A stretch of 64,000 nucleotides of DNA from a bacterium (lineage in GTDB: Bacteria; Orphanbacterota; Orphanbacteria; JBJXGV01): contig JBJXGV010000002.1 of assembly GCA_046160485.1 (NCBI GenBank), forward strand, positions 77,380 to 141,379, given 5' to 3'. The translations under genes and the position numbers were made by a program. Below, piece after piece: positions 44,418 through 54,312 of the stretch (positions are counted from its first letter, which is position 1; each line of letters begins with the position of its first letter). Under the pieces are notes generated by a model, which made no database searches, was not told where the DNA came from, and was given only the letters and a program-made list of their open reading frames with translations.

Positions 44418-46280
44418 CTACCAACCCTTCTTGCGTCCCTTGTTTTCTTTCTCGAGCCATTTCATGAGCGGCGCGTAGTAGTCCATCATCGCGCGCGTCG
44501 AGAGATCCTCGCCCGTCGCTTCGCGCAGCACGACCCGCCAGTCGCGCGTCGCGCCCTGCTCGAGAACGCCGCGCAGGAACGCGCCCGTCGCCTTGCTGCC
44601 GTAGTAGTTCGCGTGATGCGGGTCGGCCTTCAGAATCTTGCGCGAGATGTGATCGTGAAGCTGGTGCTTGAGCACCGTCGCGATCGCGTAGTCGTAGTAC
44701 TGGCCGGCGTCGTCGACGATGTGCGTCTTGGTCGCGGCGTCGCAGAACTCTTCGCCGCGCGGCGACGGCGGCTCGACGCCCTGGAAGTCGCTCACGTACT
44801 TCCACCAGCGCGCGTTCCACTCGCTCGGAGGCAAGTTGTTCTCGTAGAGATCGCGCTCCCAGAAACTCATCACGCCGGCCGACCACGGAATGAAGACGAC
44901 CGACGACGTGAGCGCTTCGTCGAGCAGCCACGCGATCTCGTCCGGCGCGTCGCCCGGCTTGAGGATGCCGACCTGCTCGAGGTACGGAACCTGCCGCGCC
45001 GCCAGATCGATCAGCTCGCCGATTCCCTCGTGGAATCCGCGGTTCGCGCCCTCGCGCAGTAGCGGCGGCACCTCGGGCCGCGTATACGCAATGTAGTAGT
45101 AGATGTGTCCGAGTTCGTGATGCGTCGTGCCGAACCAGCGCTCGTTCGGCTGCACGCTCATGAGCGAGCGCACGTCGTTGTTGAGGTCGACGTGCCACGC
45201 TGACGCGTGCGTGTTCTTCTTGCGCGTCGAGTCCTCGGGGACGGGATAGAGATCCGATTTCGTCCAGAACGATTCGGGAAGTTCCTCGAAGCCCATCGAC
45301 GTGTAGAACGTCTCGGCCTTCTCGACGATCCACTCCGGCGTCTTGTCGGCGAAGAGATCGTCGAGGTTCACGGTTTCGACGAGGCTCGGCCACGCCTGGC
45401 TCCAGCGATTGCCGAGCCAGTGCGCGGGGATTTTCGCGGGCACCGGCTTGCCGTACTTCTTCGCGAGTTCGTACTTCGTCCACGTGTGCAGCTCGATGTA
45501 GAGCGGCCGCATCACGTCGGTGAAATCCTGAAGCTGCGCCATCATCTCGGGAGTCGTCATCCCGTAGTCGGCGACGTTGAGATCGAAGAACGAATTGAAT
45601 CCCATCTCGCGCGCGACCTGATTGCGGAGCTTCTGAAGCTCGATGAGCTGCGGCTTGAGCGCGGGGCCCGTCTCCTTCGACGCCTCCCATGCGCGCTGGC
45701 GTTCCGCGAGATCCTTCGAGTCTTGCAGTATGTCGTCGATGTCGTTCGCGGTGACGGGGCGCGCGCACGAATCGGCCGCGTGCTCCAAGCAGAATTGGAA
45801 ACCGTCGAGCGTGCTCTTCGCGCGCGCTTCCGTTTCGACGCGCGCGGCGACGACGTCGGGCACCGTGCCGGGCGACTGCGCGGCGGCGAGCCAGATCTTC
45901 TCGAGCTGGCGGCGCGTGAGCGGATCGAGTTCGTGCGCCTTCGCGCGGTAGCGGCGCACGCGCTCGATGATGCCGGGGTCGCCGGCGAACGCCGAGAACG
46001 CCTTGTTCGCGGCGACGCGCCCGCCGTCGTGTTCCGGAGAGACATCGGTCGACGCATCCCACTCCGCCTCAGCGGAGATCGTGTAGAGCCGCTCGTAGAG
46101 TGACGTGTAGAGCGCGACGAATTCGCGCGCTTCTTTCGCGACGGGCGTTTCCTGGGCGGCGGATGGCGCGGCGCACGCGAGCGTGACGGCGAGCGCGGCG
46201 GCAGCGCCGAGAACCGCGAGCGGCGCGGCAAACGCGAAGCGTCGGCCCGAGCAATGTTGACTGCGAGGTGATTGGTTCAT
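44418..46280 (-). CDS. M2-family peptidyl-dipeptidase (bacterial angiotensin-converting-enzyme homolog), secreted
   Basis: Zinc site 'HHELGHIYYY' plus 'FHEGIGEL' (HEXXH...E). Signal peptide AAPLAVLGAAAALAV. Confidence 0.75.
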   Translation of the reverse strand: MNQSPRSQHCSGRRFAFAAPLAVLGAAAALAVTLACAAPSAAQETPVAKEAREFVALYTSLYERLYTISAEAEWDASTDVSPEHDGGRVAANKAFSAFAGDPGIIERVRRYRAKAHELDPLTRRQLEKIWLAAAQSPGTVPDVVAARVETEARAKSTLDGFQFCLEHAADSCARPVTANDIDDILQDSKDLAERQRAWEASKETGPALKPQLIELQKLRNQVAREMGFNSFFDLNVADYGMTTPEMMAQLQDFTDVMRPLYIELHTWTKYELAKKYGKPVPAKIPAHWLGNRWSQAWPSLVETVNLDDLFADKTPEWIVEKAETFYTSMGFEELPESFWTKSDLYPVPEDSTRKKNTHASAWHVDLNNDVRSLMSVQPNERWFGTTHHELGHIYYYIAYTRPEVPPLLREGANRGFHEGIGELIDLAARQVPYLEQVGILKPGDAPDEIAWLLDEALTSSVVFIPWSAGVMSFWERDLYENNLPPSEWNARWWKYVSDFQGVEPPSPRGEEFCDAATKTHIVDDAGQYYDYAIATVLKHQLHDHISRKILKADPHHANYYGSKATGAFLRGVLEQGATRDWRVVLREATGEDLSTRAMMDYYAPLMKWLEKENKGRKKGW

Positions 46281-46390
46281 GGGTTGGGAGACCTTTCGGG
46301 ACGAGGTGAACGGTGACGTTGATTGTCGAGCGGAGCCCGATCAGCGTAGCGCTCGGGTGCGCGCCGTGTCGAGCGCATTGTTGGTGTGCG

Positions 46391-47917
46391 CTACTCCGTC
46401 GAGGCGGGCGGACCCGACGAGCTTGTCGCTCGAGCGGCGCCGCCCACGCCGCTTTCAAGCACGACCGCGCGGTAGCCCTGCGCTTCGAGCGACGCGATCT
46501 CCGCCGCGGTGGGGACTCGCGCGTACGCGATGTGCGAGCCGTAGAACATCGCTTCGATCGGGCGCTCGCAGTTGAAGAAGACCGCGCGCGGATCGGGGTA
46601 GCGTGCGTCGAGCGCGCGCAGCTCATCGGCCCACACTCGCGTGCGCTCGCGCTTGGGCGAGAGGCGCAGGCGTTCGATCGCGTAGCGCGCCGGCAGGCCG
46701 AGCGCGAGCACTAGCAGTAGCGTCGCCGCGAGGCGCACGAATTTCGCGCGCGGCGGCGGCGCTGCGTTGCGCGCGGCAGCCGTCACGTGCGCGCAGAAAA
46801 GCGCAATGATGAGGAAGAGCGCCGACGATGAAATCGCGACGTAGCCGGGCATCTTCGTCGCCGAGATCGAGAACACGGCGTACGGCGTGAGGAACCAAAC
46901 CAGCAGGAAGATCCAGCGGCGCCCGAGGCCGCGCGCCGCCCGCGCAATGAGAAACCACGCCACCGGGATGTAGATCGCCTCGCCGAAATCGCGTCCGATG
47001 CGCCGCAGGTACCACCACGCCGGTTGGCCGTGTCCGCCGAGCGGCTCGAGCACGTGCAGCAAGTTGTAGTGGCTCTCCCACGCGGCCTCGCGCGGGAATG
47101 CGCGCCAGATGTAGAGATTCCACGGGAGCGCGACGGCGGCGGCGGCGCCGAGCACGATCGCAAGCGATGTGACGAAACGGCGCGCGCTGATCGTTCGCCA
47201 CGCGAGGACGACCCACAGCGCCGGGATGATCATCGCGACCATCCACTTCGTGAGGATCGCCAGGCCGGTGCAGATACCGAGTGCGGCGAGCCACGCGATA
47301 CCGCGCGCGCGCGTGTGTGCGGGTTCCGCGGCGCGCACGGCCGAGTACGCGCCGAGCGTAACGAAGAAGATCATCAGCGCATCGGGGTGGTCCGTGGCCG
47401 TACGGCCCGCGCCGAGTTCGAGCAAGAGCCCGTTGATCGCGTGCAGGCCCGCCGCGAGGAGCGCGACGCGTTCGTCGAAGAGCCGCTTCCCTAGGAAAAA
47501 CGTGAGCGCGATCGCGAGCGTTCCGAAGAGGAGGCTCGGCAATCGCACCGCGAGTTCGTGGACGCCAAACGTCTTGATGCTGATTGCCATGAGCCACAAC
47601 GTGAGCGGCGGCTTGTGTACCCAAACGTGATTCGAGAAGAAATCGCGGTAGTCGTAGTCGAGAAGCGCGGTCTTGTAGAGCGTGGGGCGCAGCGGCGAGT
47701 CGATCGTGTTTTTCGCGACGAGCGCGTGATAGCGCTCGTCCCATTCGTGAAGGAACTGATCGCCGCACGCGAAGAGGCGCAGGAGCGCCCCCGCGAGGAG
47801 AATGCAGATGAGAGCCGCGCGCGTGCGAGAGCCGCCGCCGCGTGCGAAGCGATACGCCGCCGCGAAGAGCGCGACGCAGACGACGACGATCGGGATTCCG
47901 AGGCTCTGCGGCAGCAA
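46391..47917 (-). CDS. glycosyltransferase family 39/83 (ArnT/PMT-like) polytopic membrane protein
   Basis: TTG start. 'HEWDERYHALVA...HKPPLTLWLMAISIKTFG' (DE/extracellular loop 1 motif region of the PMT/ArnT family). Confidence 0.65.
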   Translation of the reverse strand: MLPQSLGIPIVVVCVALFAAAYRFARGGGSRTRAALICILLAGALLRLFACGDQFLHEWDERYHALVAKNTIDSPLRPTLYKTALLDYDYRDFFSNHVWVHKPPLTLWLMAISIKTFGVHELAVRLPSLLFGTLAIALTFFLGKRLFDERVALLAAGLHAINGLLLELGAGRTATDHPDALMIFFVTLGAYSAVRAAEPAHTRARGIAWLAALGICTGLAILTKWMVAMIIPALWVVLAWRTISARRFVTSLAIVLGAAAAVALPWNLYIWRAFPREAAWESHYNLLHVLEPLGGHGQPAWWYLRRIGRDFGEAIYIPVAWFLIARAARGLGRRWIFLLVWFLTPYAVFSISATKMPGYVAISSSALFLIIALFCAHVTAAARNAAPPPRAKFVRLAATLLLVLALGLPARYAIERLRLSPKRERTRVWADELRALDARYPDPRAVFFNCERPIEAMFYGSHIAYARVPTAAEIASLEAQGYRAVVLESGVGGAARATSSSGPPASTE

Positions 47918-49339
47918 CTAGGCCTCTCGGCGCCGAAGCCCGCCGAAGTACACGAGCGCCGCCGCGTAGGCGGCGAGCGCGGCGATGGGCGCGGCAATCG
48001 TGGCGTAGGGGAGCGCAGCGGCGCGCGTTAGCGTCACGTGCACCGACAGGGCGGCCGCGCCCGCGCCCAGAGCCGGGAGGAGCGATGCGATCGCCTGTGA
48101 CGCCGCCGCGCGCGTGTCGGCGAAGAGAAATCCTCCCGCGAGCCGAACGCCGTACGCGATGAGGAGCGCGATCGCTGCACCGGGCGCGCCTCGCGTCGGC
48201 ACGAAAAAAAGCATCGCGGCGATGTTGGCCGCCGTCGCCATGAGAATCAGTTGGAAATTGCGCCTCTCGAGACCGGACGCGATGAGGCGCGCGTTCATCA
48301 CGGTGTCGGCGGCAACCAGGATCGCCGCCGGGGCCATCACGCGGAGCACGGGCGCGCTCGCCGCGAACTCGGCGCCGAAGAGGAGCGCGATCAGCGGGTC
48401 CGCGTAGAGAACTTCGATCACGGCGACCGGAACGAGAATCGCGGCGACGTAGCGAATGCTGTCGCGAAAGAGGACCTCGACGCGCGCGGGATCCCGCGCG
48501 TGGCTGCGTGCCATGAGCGGAAAAACCGACGTCATCGCGATCGCCGGCAGCAAGCTCGAGAGTTCGACGAGGCGCACGGAAGCCGTGTAGAGCCCGACGT
48601 CGAGCACACCGCGAAAATGCGACAGCACGAAAACATCGGTGCGGACGAGAATGAAATTGAGCGCGAGCGCGCCGATGAGGGGCGTGGCGGACTGAAAGAG
48701 CGCCGCGATGCGCGCGCCGTCGAAGTGGAGCGCCGGCCGCAGGCGCCGCGTGGCGAGAACCGCGAGCACGATCGCGAACGGAAGCGGCGCGAGGATCTGC
48801 GACGCGACGGCGGCCGCGAGCCCGCCGCGCGGCACCGTCGCCACGATGAGCGCAAGGCAGAGCGCCTCGGAGAGAATGCCGAGGATCATCGGGACTTCCA
48901 TGCGGAGCGCCGTGCGATAGGGAAGTTCGAAGAGCGAGCGCAGCGACGCGCGGCGATTCGTCGTGAAGAGCGTGCCGCATGCGAGCAGGAGAAGCAGCGT
49001 CGTGGCGCCGGCGTCGCCGCGCACCCACGGGAAGATGAGGAGCGCCACGGGAATCGCGGCGGCGATCAAAAGCGCTCGGAGTGCGATCGCATCGGCGAAG
49101 CGATCGCGCGCGCGATCCGGACGGCGCTCGATGTCGCGCAGCACGATCGATTCGATCCCCGCGTCGGCGATCAACTCGAAGAACGCGACGAACACGAACA
49201 GATACGTGAAGCGCCCGAACTCCTCCGCGCCGAGTTCGCGCGTCAACACCATGTACGAAACGAAAACGAGCGCCTTCGAGACGAAGGTCCCCGCGAGGAG
49301 GACGGCGGAGTTGCGTATCACGCTGGAGGCGCGGGGCAT
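47918..49339 (-). CDS. MOP-superfamily flippase (Wzx / polysaccharide biosynthesis protein)
   Basis: 'VLLAGTFVSKALVFVSYMVLTRELGAEEFG' plus ~12 TM segments. Probable start at Met88 of the tracked ORF (49339). The upstream Arg-rich extension overlaps the neighbouring gene and is likely non-coding. Confidence 0.6.
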   Translation of the reverse strand: MPRASSVIRNSAVLLAGTFVSKALVFVSYMVLTRELGAEEFGRFTYLFVFVAFFELIADAGIESIVLRDIERRPDRARDRFADAIALRALLIAAAIPVALLIFPWVRGDAGATTLLLLLACGTLFTTNRRASLRSLFELPYRTALRMEVPMILGILSEALCLALIVATVPRGGLAAAVASQILAPLPFAIVLAVLATRRLRPALHFDGARIAALFQSATPLIGALALNFILVRTDVFVLSHFRGVLDVGLYTASVRLVELSSLLPAIAMTSVFPLMARSHARDPARVEVLFRDSIRYVAAILVPVAVIEVLYADPLIALLFGAEFAASAPVLRVMAPAAILVAADTVMNARLIASGLERRNFQLILMATAANIAAMLFFVPTRGAPGAAIALLIAYGVRLAGGFLFADTRAAASQAIASLLPALGAGAAALSVHVTLTRAAALPYATIAAPIAALAAYAAALVYFGGLRRREA

Positions 49340-49343
49340 CGCG

Positions 49344-51281
49344 TCAGCGCTCGCCCGCGCTCGCGTCGCGCTCGTGCGAGGCGCTCGTCGGTGTGCCGGC
49401 CGCCAGGCGCCTCGCGCACTGTTCGCGCGCGGCGTGGACCTCGGCGTTCCGCGGCGCCGCGGCGAGCGCGCGATCGAACGCCGCGATCGCGCCGGCATAG
49501 CGCCCGCTCTCGGCGAGGCAAAGACCTTCGAGATACGCGGGAAGAAAGTTCGCGGGCGCGAGCGCCGATGCACGCCCGAGCGCGACCGCAGCTTCATCAC
49601 GCCGCCCCGCGTTGCGCAGCAGCTTCCCGATCGTGATCCAGCTCTCGACCGAGTTCGGCGACACCTCCGCGCTTCGCTGTGCGCAGTGCAGCGCGCGTTG
49701 CGGCAAATCCGCGCGCTCGAATATCGACGCGAGTTTCAAGAACGGCGTGACGTCCGATGCCGCCGAGTAGGCGCTTGTGTAGCGCGCGTCCGATTCGACC
49801 CACTCTTGCGTGAGCGCGGCCGCGCGCTCGGTGCGCGCATTGGCCGCAATCCACGGGCCGGTGTGCCACACGGCGATTCCGGCGCAAAGCAGAATCGGCG
49901 CGGCGAGGTTCCGCGGCGTGAAGGAGCGCGTTTCGCCGAGCGCCTGATGGATCGCGTCGTCTCGCGCCGACACAAGCCACGCCGCCGCGACATGGAGCGG
50001 CACCGAGAATAGCGAGAGCAGATCCCAGTCGCGCACGCCGAGTTTCGGATCGATCACGAACGCGAACCCGAGCGCCGACGCGAGCGCGATCAGCACGAAA
50101 CGCGTGAATGGGTGGGCAAGCGCGGCGGCGCGCGCCGCTGGTTCACGCGCGATGAGCGCCCACACGATGGCGCCGAGCGGCAAGAGCCCGATGAACAACA
50201 CGGCGCCGCCGACGAAGGCAATGTGTTCGAACGCGAAGAGCGAGTACGGAACGGAATCGTCGCGAACCAGAGGGAGCGTGATCTTTCCCAACGTGGAAGT
50301 CGCGGGGCGCAGCGCGACTTCGGCGAGAAACGCGCACACGACAACCGCGAGAACGACGCAGGCGGTTATCGCGCCGAGCGGGCGGCGGGAACCGCGCGTG
50401 TCGTGAGTAGGGCGCACTTCGCGATCGCGTCGCTGCGTGACGAGGAGGTAGACGGCGGCGGGGAGCAGGATCGTCGCCGCGAGGTGGAGGCACGAGACTC
50501 CGAGCGCCACAGCGAGAACCCACCACGCTTCGATTTCCCGCTGGCACGCGCGGAACCCAAGCACGAGCGTAAGCATGATCCCCGCACTGACGGCGCCATA
50601 GTGCTCGCCATAGCCGAGAAACAGAAGCATCGCGGGCGAACAGAAAAGAAATAAGAGCGAGCCGCGCCCCCACCGCGATGCGAGCCACGCGGCGAGCACG
50701 ACGTACGCGGCGCCCGACGCGATGCTCGTCGCGGCGAACACGTCGCGCGCGCGGAGCCTTTCCCACACGCCGCGCCCCGCGCGAAACAGCGCGTAGTTGA
50801 TCGTCATGATCGTGCGGTCGGGGAGCCGGTCGATCGGATCGCGCAGAATCGGCCCGCTCTTCGCCGCCTCGAACTTGTCCTGATACAGCTTGATGTCGCC
50901 GAAGAACTCGTTCCGGTTGCCGGCCGTAATCGCGACGATTGCGAAAAGGCCGAGCGCGACGAGCACCAGCGTGAGTCTGCGTGAGTGCGGCGTCGCGTTC
51001 GCACTCGTCTCCACAGCCGCGTTCGCGACCGCGTTCGCGGTGGCGCTGCGCGCGCCTCGCGCGGACATCCGGTAGACCGCGATCGCGCCACAGCCGATCG
51101 CCGCGCCAACGATCGAAAACGCGATTCGCGCTGCGAATGGAAACGGCCGCCAGTGGAGGAACGCCCAAGCACCGCGGCCGTCCGTCATTCCGAACGCGGC
51201 GTGGAGCGCGAGCGCGCCAAGGTAGTACGCGAGGAGTGCGAAGAACGCGAGCCGCGCGCGATCGGCCGCGCTGTTAGGCAC
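49344..51281 (-). CDS. polytopic membrane protein with C-terminal TPR repeats (TMTC/DUF-type putative glycosyltransferase-like)
   Basis: About 10 TM helices, then TPR units ('AEVSPNSVESWITIGKLLRNAGRRDEAAVALGRASALAP'). Confidence 0.5.
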   Translation of the reverse strand: MPNSAADRARLAFFALLAYYLGALALHAAFGMTDGRGAWAFLHWRPFPFAARIAFSIVGAAIGCGAIAVYRMSARGARSATANAVANAAVETSANATPHSRRLTLVLVALGLFAIVAITAGNRNEFFGDIKLYQDKFEAAKSGPILRDPIDRLPDRTIMTINYALFRAGRGVWERLRARDVFAATSIASGAAYVVLAAWLASRWGRGSLLFLFCSPAMLLFLGYGEHYGAVSAGIMLTLVLGFRACQREIEAWWVLAVALGVSCLHLAATILLPAAVYLLVTQRRDREVRPTHDTRGSRRPLGAITACVVLAVVVCAFLAEVALRPATSTLGKITLPLVRDDSVPYSLFAFEHIAFVGGAVLFIGLLPLGAIVWALIAREPAARAAALAHPFTRFVLIALASALGFAFVIDPKLGVRDWDLLSLFSVPLHVAAAWLVSARDDAIHQALGETRSFTPRNLAAPILLCAGIAVWHTGPWIAANARTERAAALTQEWVESDARYTSAYSAASDVTPFLKLASIFERADLPQRALHCAQRSAEVSPNSVESWITIGKLLRNAGRRDEAAVALGRASALAPANFLPAYLEGLCLAESGRYAGAIAAFDRALAAAPRNAEVHAAREQCARRLAAGTPTSASHERDASAGER

Positions 51282-51298
51282 GCGAACCGTCGGATGTA

Positions 51299-53173
51299 TC
51301 AGCGCCCAACGGGTGAAGCTTCGCGGCCGGGGGCCTCCGCGACCGCTGCCGCTTCGCGCACGACGGGATAGACGCCCCAGCGCTCGTCATGAAACGGCGT
51401 CCGGCGATAGAACCATCGCAGCCGCGCGTCAGGGTTCGCGGCGAACGCGGAATCGCTCGCGACCTTCGCGTCGAACTCCGCGCGCAGCGCTGCGTCTTGC
51501 GCGAGCATACGTTCCGCCATCGGCTCCATCACGTAACTCTCGTAGTATTCGGTTTCTTGCATGATGCCGAGGAAGAAGCCCCATTGGAGAAACGAGTCGC
51601 CGGAATTCGGCTCGAGCAGAAGCACGGCAAGGTCGCCGAGCGGCTGGTCGGTCGGAACGCGCATCGAGCCGCGCGGCAACTCCACGACGCGGCGCTCCAT
51701 CACCGGCACGCTTTGCACGCGCACGCGGCCTTCGAACGGCTCGGTGTCGAGCGTGAGCGAATCGAGCGCGTAGACTTCGCATTCGACGCTGCGCGCTTCG
51801 TCGATTCGCTCCATCGCGATGCCGTGAAGCGCGAGCCGATCGATCACCTCGGGCCACGCGGGCGGAACCCAGTACGCGGTCGGACGCGCAACGCTCACCG
51901 CCGGCGCCGTCATCTGCACGTACGGAACCTGGAGTGTGACCGGCCGCCCGGTCCACTCGATGCGCGCGCCTCCGGACACGGCGGATGGAATCTCCCGCGC
52001 CACGACGCCGAGAAACTCGAACGGCTTCGGCTCGCCATCAGCGGCGCGCCAGCCGACGGGAACCGGCGAAGGCCGTAGCGCGCGGTCACGAACGGTTGCT
52101 TCTCGCAGGCGGCCGCCGCGTTCGCCGAGCAGATCGAGCGTGTGCGCAAGGAGCAGATACGTCCCGAGCACGCGCTGATCGTATGGCTTCAGCGAATGGT
52201 TCTCGACGAGAACGGAAGGGACGTGCCGCGCGTCGCCGTATCCCTGTGAGAACCGCGGAGGTGCCGTCCAATTCCCGATGCCGCGCGCAGGGTCGCGGTT
52301 ATCGAGCGCGAAGATGAGCGGCCCGGGTACGTGCCCCGCTGCGCGCAGCTCTTTCTCGATGTGAGGGCGGAGTTGCGTATCGAGCCATTTCGCCGCGTTC
52401 GGCGAGAACCCGTTCGCAGAGTTCCAGCCGATCGTGATGTCGTACTGGTAGTCGATACCGTCGGTGACGTGAATGTCGTAGTAGAGATCCGGGTCCCAGT
52501 CGCGGAGCACCTGCACGATCGCGCGCGTCTCGGGCGCGTCGGCCTTCGCGTAGTCGCGATTGAGGTTCAGATTGGACGCGGTCGTGCGCCAGCCGCACGA
52601 CTCGGGTCCGCGCTGGTTGATCCGGCCGTACGGCGAGAAGCGCTCATGCCCGTCGACGTTGTAGATCGGGATGAAGAGCAGGTTCGCGTCACGCAAGAGA
52701 TCGCGGCTCCGCCGGCCGGGGAGGAAGTCGCGCAGAAGCATCATCCCCGCGTCCTTCCCATCGATCTCGCCGGAGTGAATGCCTGCCTGCGCAAGAAGTG
52801 TCGGGCGGCCCGTGGCGCGTAGCGCTTCCGGCGTCGCTGCGCCGCCATCGGACGCGATCACCATCCAGATGTCGCGCCCCTCAGGGCTCTTGCCGATCGA
52901 GATCATCGCGATGTCGTCGCTCGCCCCGTCGAGGCGCGCGAGCCACGCGATCGTTTCGTCGTAGCGCGGTGTCGTCGTCAGGCCGCTCGTTTCGGACGGC
53001 GTGACCCACTCATCGTCCGCCGCGACGACGAGCGAGCGGCTGCGCCCTTCCCACGGAAGCGCCGGCGGGAGGATCGCTTCCTCCGCGGCGTTGGCGGCGC
53101 GCGCCTCCGCGACGCGTCCAACGTGCGGCGCGAGGATGACGACGATTGCGACCGCCGCGGCGAGGCGTCTCAT
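51299..53173 (-). CDS. M14-family zinc carboxypeptidase, secreted
   Basis: 'GIHSGEIDGKDAGMMLL' (HxxE zinc ligands). Signal peptide 'RRLAAAVAIVVILAP'. Confidence 0.7.
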   Translation of the reverse strand: MRRLAAAVAIVVILAPHVGRVAEARAANAAEEAILPPALPWEGRSRSLVVAADDEWVTPSETSGLTTTPRYDETIAWLARLDGASDDIAMISIGKSPEGRDIWMVIASDGGAATPEALRATGRPTLLAQAGIHSGEIDGKDAGMMLLRDFLPGRRSRDLLRDANLLFIPIYNVDGHERFSPYGRINQRGPESCGWRTTASNLNLNRDYAKADAPETRAIVQVLRDWDPDLYYDIHVTDGIDYQYDITIGWNSANGFSPNAAKWLDTQLRPHIEKELRAAGHVPGPLIFALDNRDPARGIGNWTAPPRFSQGYGDARHVPSVLVENHSLKPYDQRVLGTYLLLAHTLDLLGERGGRLREATVRDRALRPSPVPVGWRAADGEPKPFEFLGVVAREIPSAVSGGARIEWTGRPVTLQVPYVQMTAPAVSVARPTAYWVPPAWPEVIDRLALHGIAMERIDEARSVECEVYALDSLTLDTEPFEGRVRVQSVPVMERRVVELPRGSMRVPTDQPLGDLAVLLLEPNSGDSFLQWGFFLGIMQETEYYESYVMEPMAERMLAQDAALRAEFDAKVASDSAFAANPDARLRWFYRRTPFHDERWGVYPVVREAAAVAEAPGREASPVGR

Positions 53174-54006
53174 GACCGTTTTCGCGAACGCATCGCGACC
53201 GCGCAGCACGTGAGGTACTTGTGCGGCCGCGACGGAATCCGAAAGCGCGCGAGAGACTTCAGGTCCGACAAAATGCCCCAGGGGAGTGAAGCGGGATCGT
53301 GCTTCTGCGCGTACTTCGTGGTCAGAAGATCACTCTCGTAGTGGGACGTGAGCCTCTCGAGCGGCGCGGCGCCGTCTTCCAACAACGCGAACTGCTCGCT
53401 GACGCGGTCGAGAAGTTCGCGGGCCTCCGCGCGCGGGATCTCCCCCCGATCGTCGAGCGAGATATCGAACGAAAGAACGAGCAGTCCGTTCGGCCGCAAG
53501 ACGCGAAAGAATTCGTCGACGATCGCGCTGTAATCCGCGCAGTGTTCGAGCACGGAAATGCAACAGACCGCATCGAACGCCGAGTCGTCGTAGGGGAGTT
53601 TCGAAAGCGAAGCGGCCTGAAACGGTATCGTGGATCCCATCACGCGATTTACATGGGCGAACATCGCGGTGAGGGATTCGTCGATGTCGCAGCAGCGCAC
53701 GTCGGCCCCCTTCGAGGCCAGATAGTACGGGAAGAAAGTAATCCCCGAACCCGCGTCGAGTACCGTGATGCGTTCGTTCGCGTGGCGCGACATCTCGGCA
53801 GCAATTTGGTCGACGTTGAACGGATACTCCCAGCGGCGGCTCCATTGCTGCATCGGGTCGGCCACCCACTTGTGCGCGTACTGGCGCAAGTCGCGCCGGG
53901 TCTTGCGGAGGAAGTCGTCGGAGAACTCCGCGAGCCCTCGGTACAGCGGACCCTCGATGAGCTCGAGGTAGGCGTGAATAGTGGGAATCCCACTGGGGAG
54001 AGGCAT
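53170..54006 (-). CDS. class I SAM-dependent methyltransferase
   Basis: Motif I 'VLDAGSGITFFP' and motif II 'AVCCISVLEH'. Confidence 0.65.
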   Translation of the reverse strand: MPLPSGIPTIHAYLELIEGPLYRGLAEFSDDFLRKTRRDLRQYAHKWVADPMQQWSRRWEYPFNVDQIAAEMSRHANERITVLDAGSGITFFPYYLASKGADVRCCDIDESLTAMFAHVNRVMGSTIPFQAASLSKLPYDDSAFDAVCCISVLEHCADYSAIVDEFFRVLRPNGLLVLSFDISLDDRGEIPRAEARELLDRVSEQFALLEDGAAPLERLTSHYESDLLTTKYAQKHDPASLPWGILSDLKSLARFRIPSRPHKYLTCCAVAMRSRKRS

Positions 54007-54312
54007 GATCTCCTAAGTCTGCGGGGGGCGGCGAATCAGTCGGCCGGATGTTAGCCGGAGCCGAGACGGGCGATCAAGGTGATTCGTCCCCGGCGGCAAG
54101 AGCGCCGTCGTCGAGGGCCCTTGTGAGCCTGGCCATGCGGGATTACGATCAAACCTGTCGGCGATACCCGCGCGGGCACACCGAATCCCGCGACGACACG
54201 CTCGCCGAGCAATCGATCTCGCGCGCGGAGCACGGGATCGCGCAGGCGCCCTCCCACACCTGCTCCGCACCGCTTGCGTCACCCCGGCGCACCTCACCGG
54301 AGGAGGGATCCG

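Noticed and set aside
44392-46062. 556-aa ORF on the minus strand overlapping the M2 peptidase gene in another frame
   Set aside because: Arg/Ala-rich, low-complexity translation typical of off-frame reading of high-GC DNA. The alternative frame (44418..46280) carries the clear HExxH...E M2 signature and a signal peptide.
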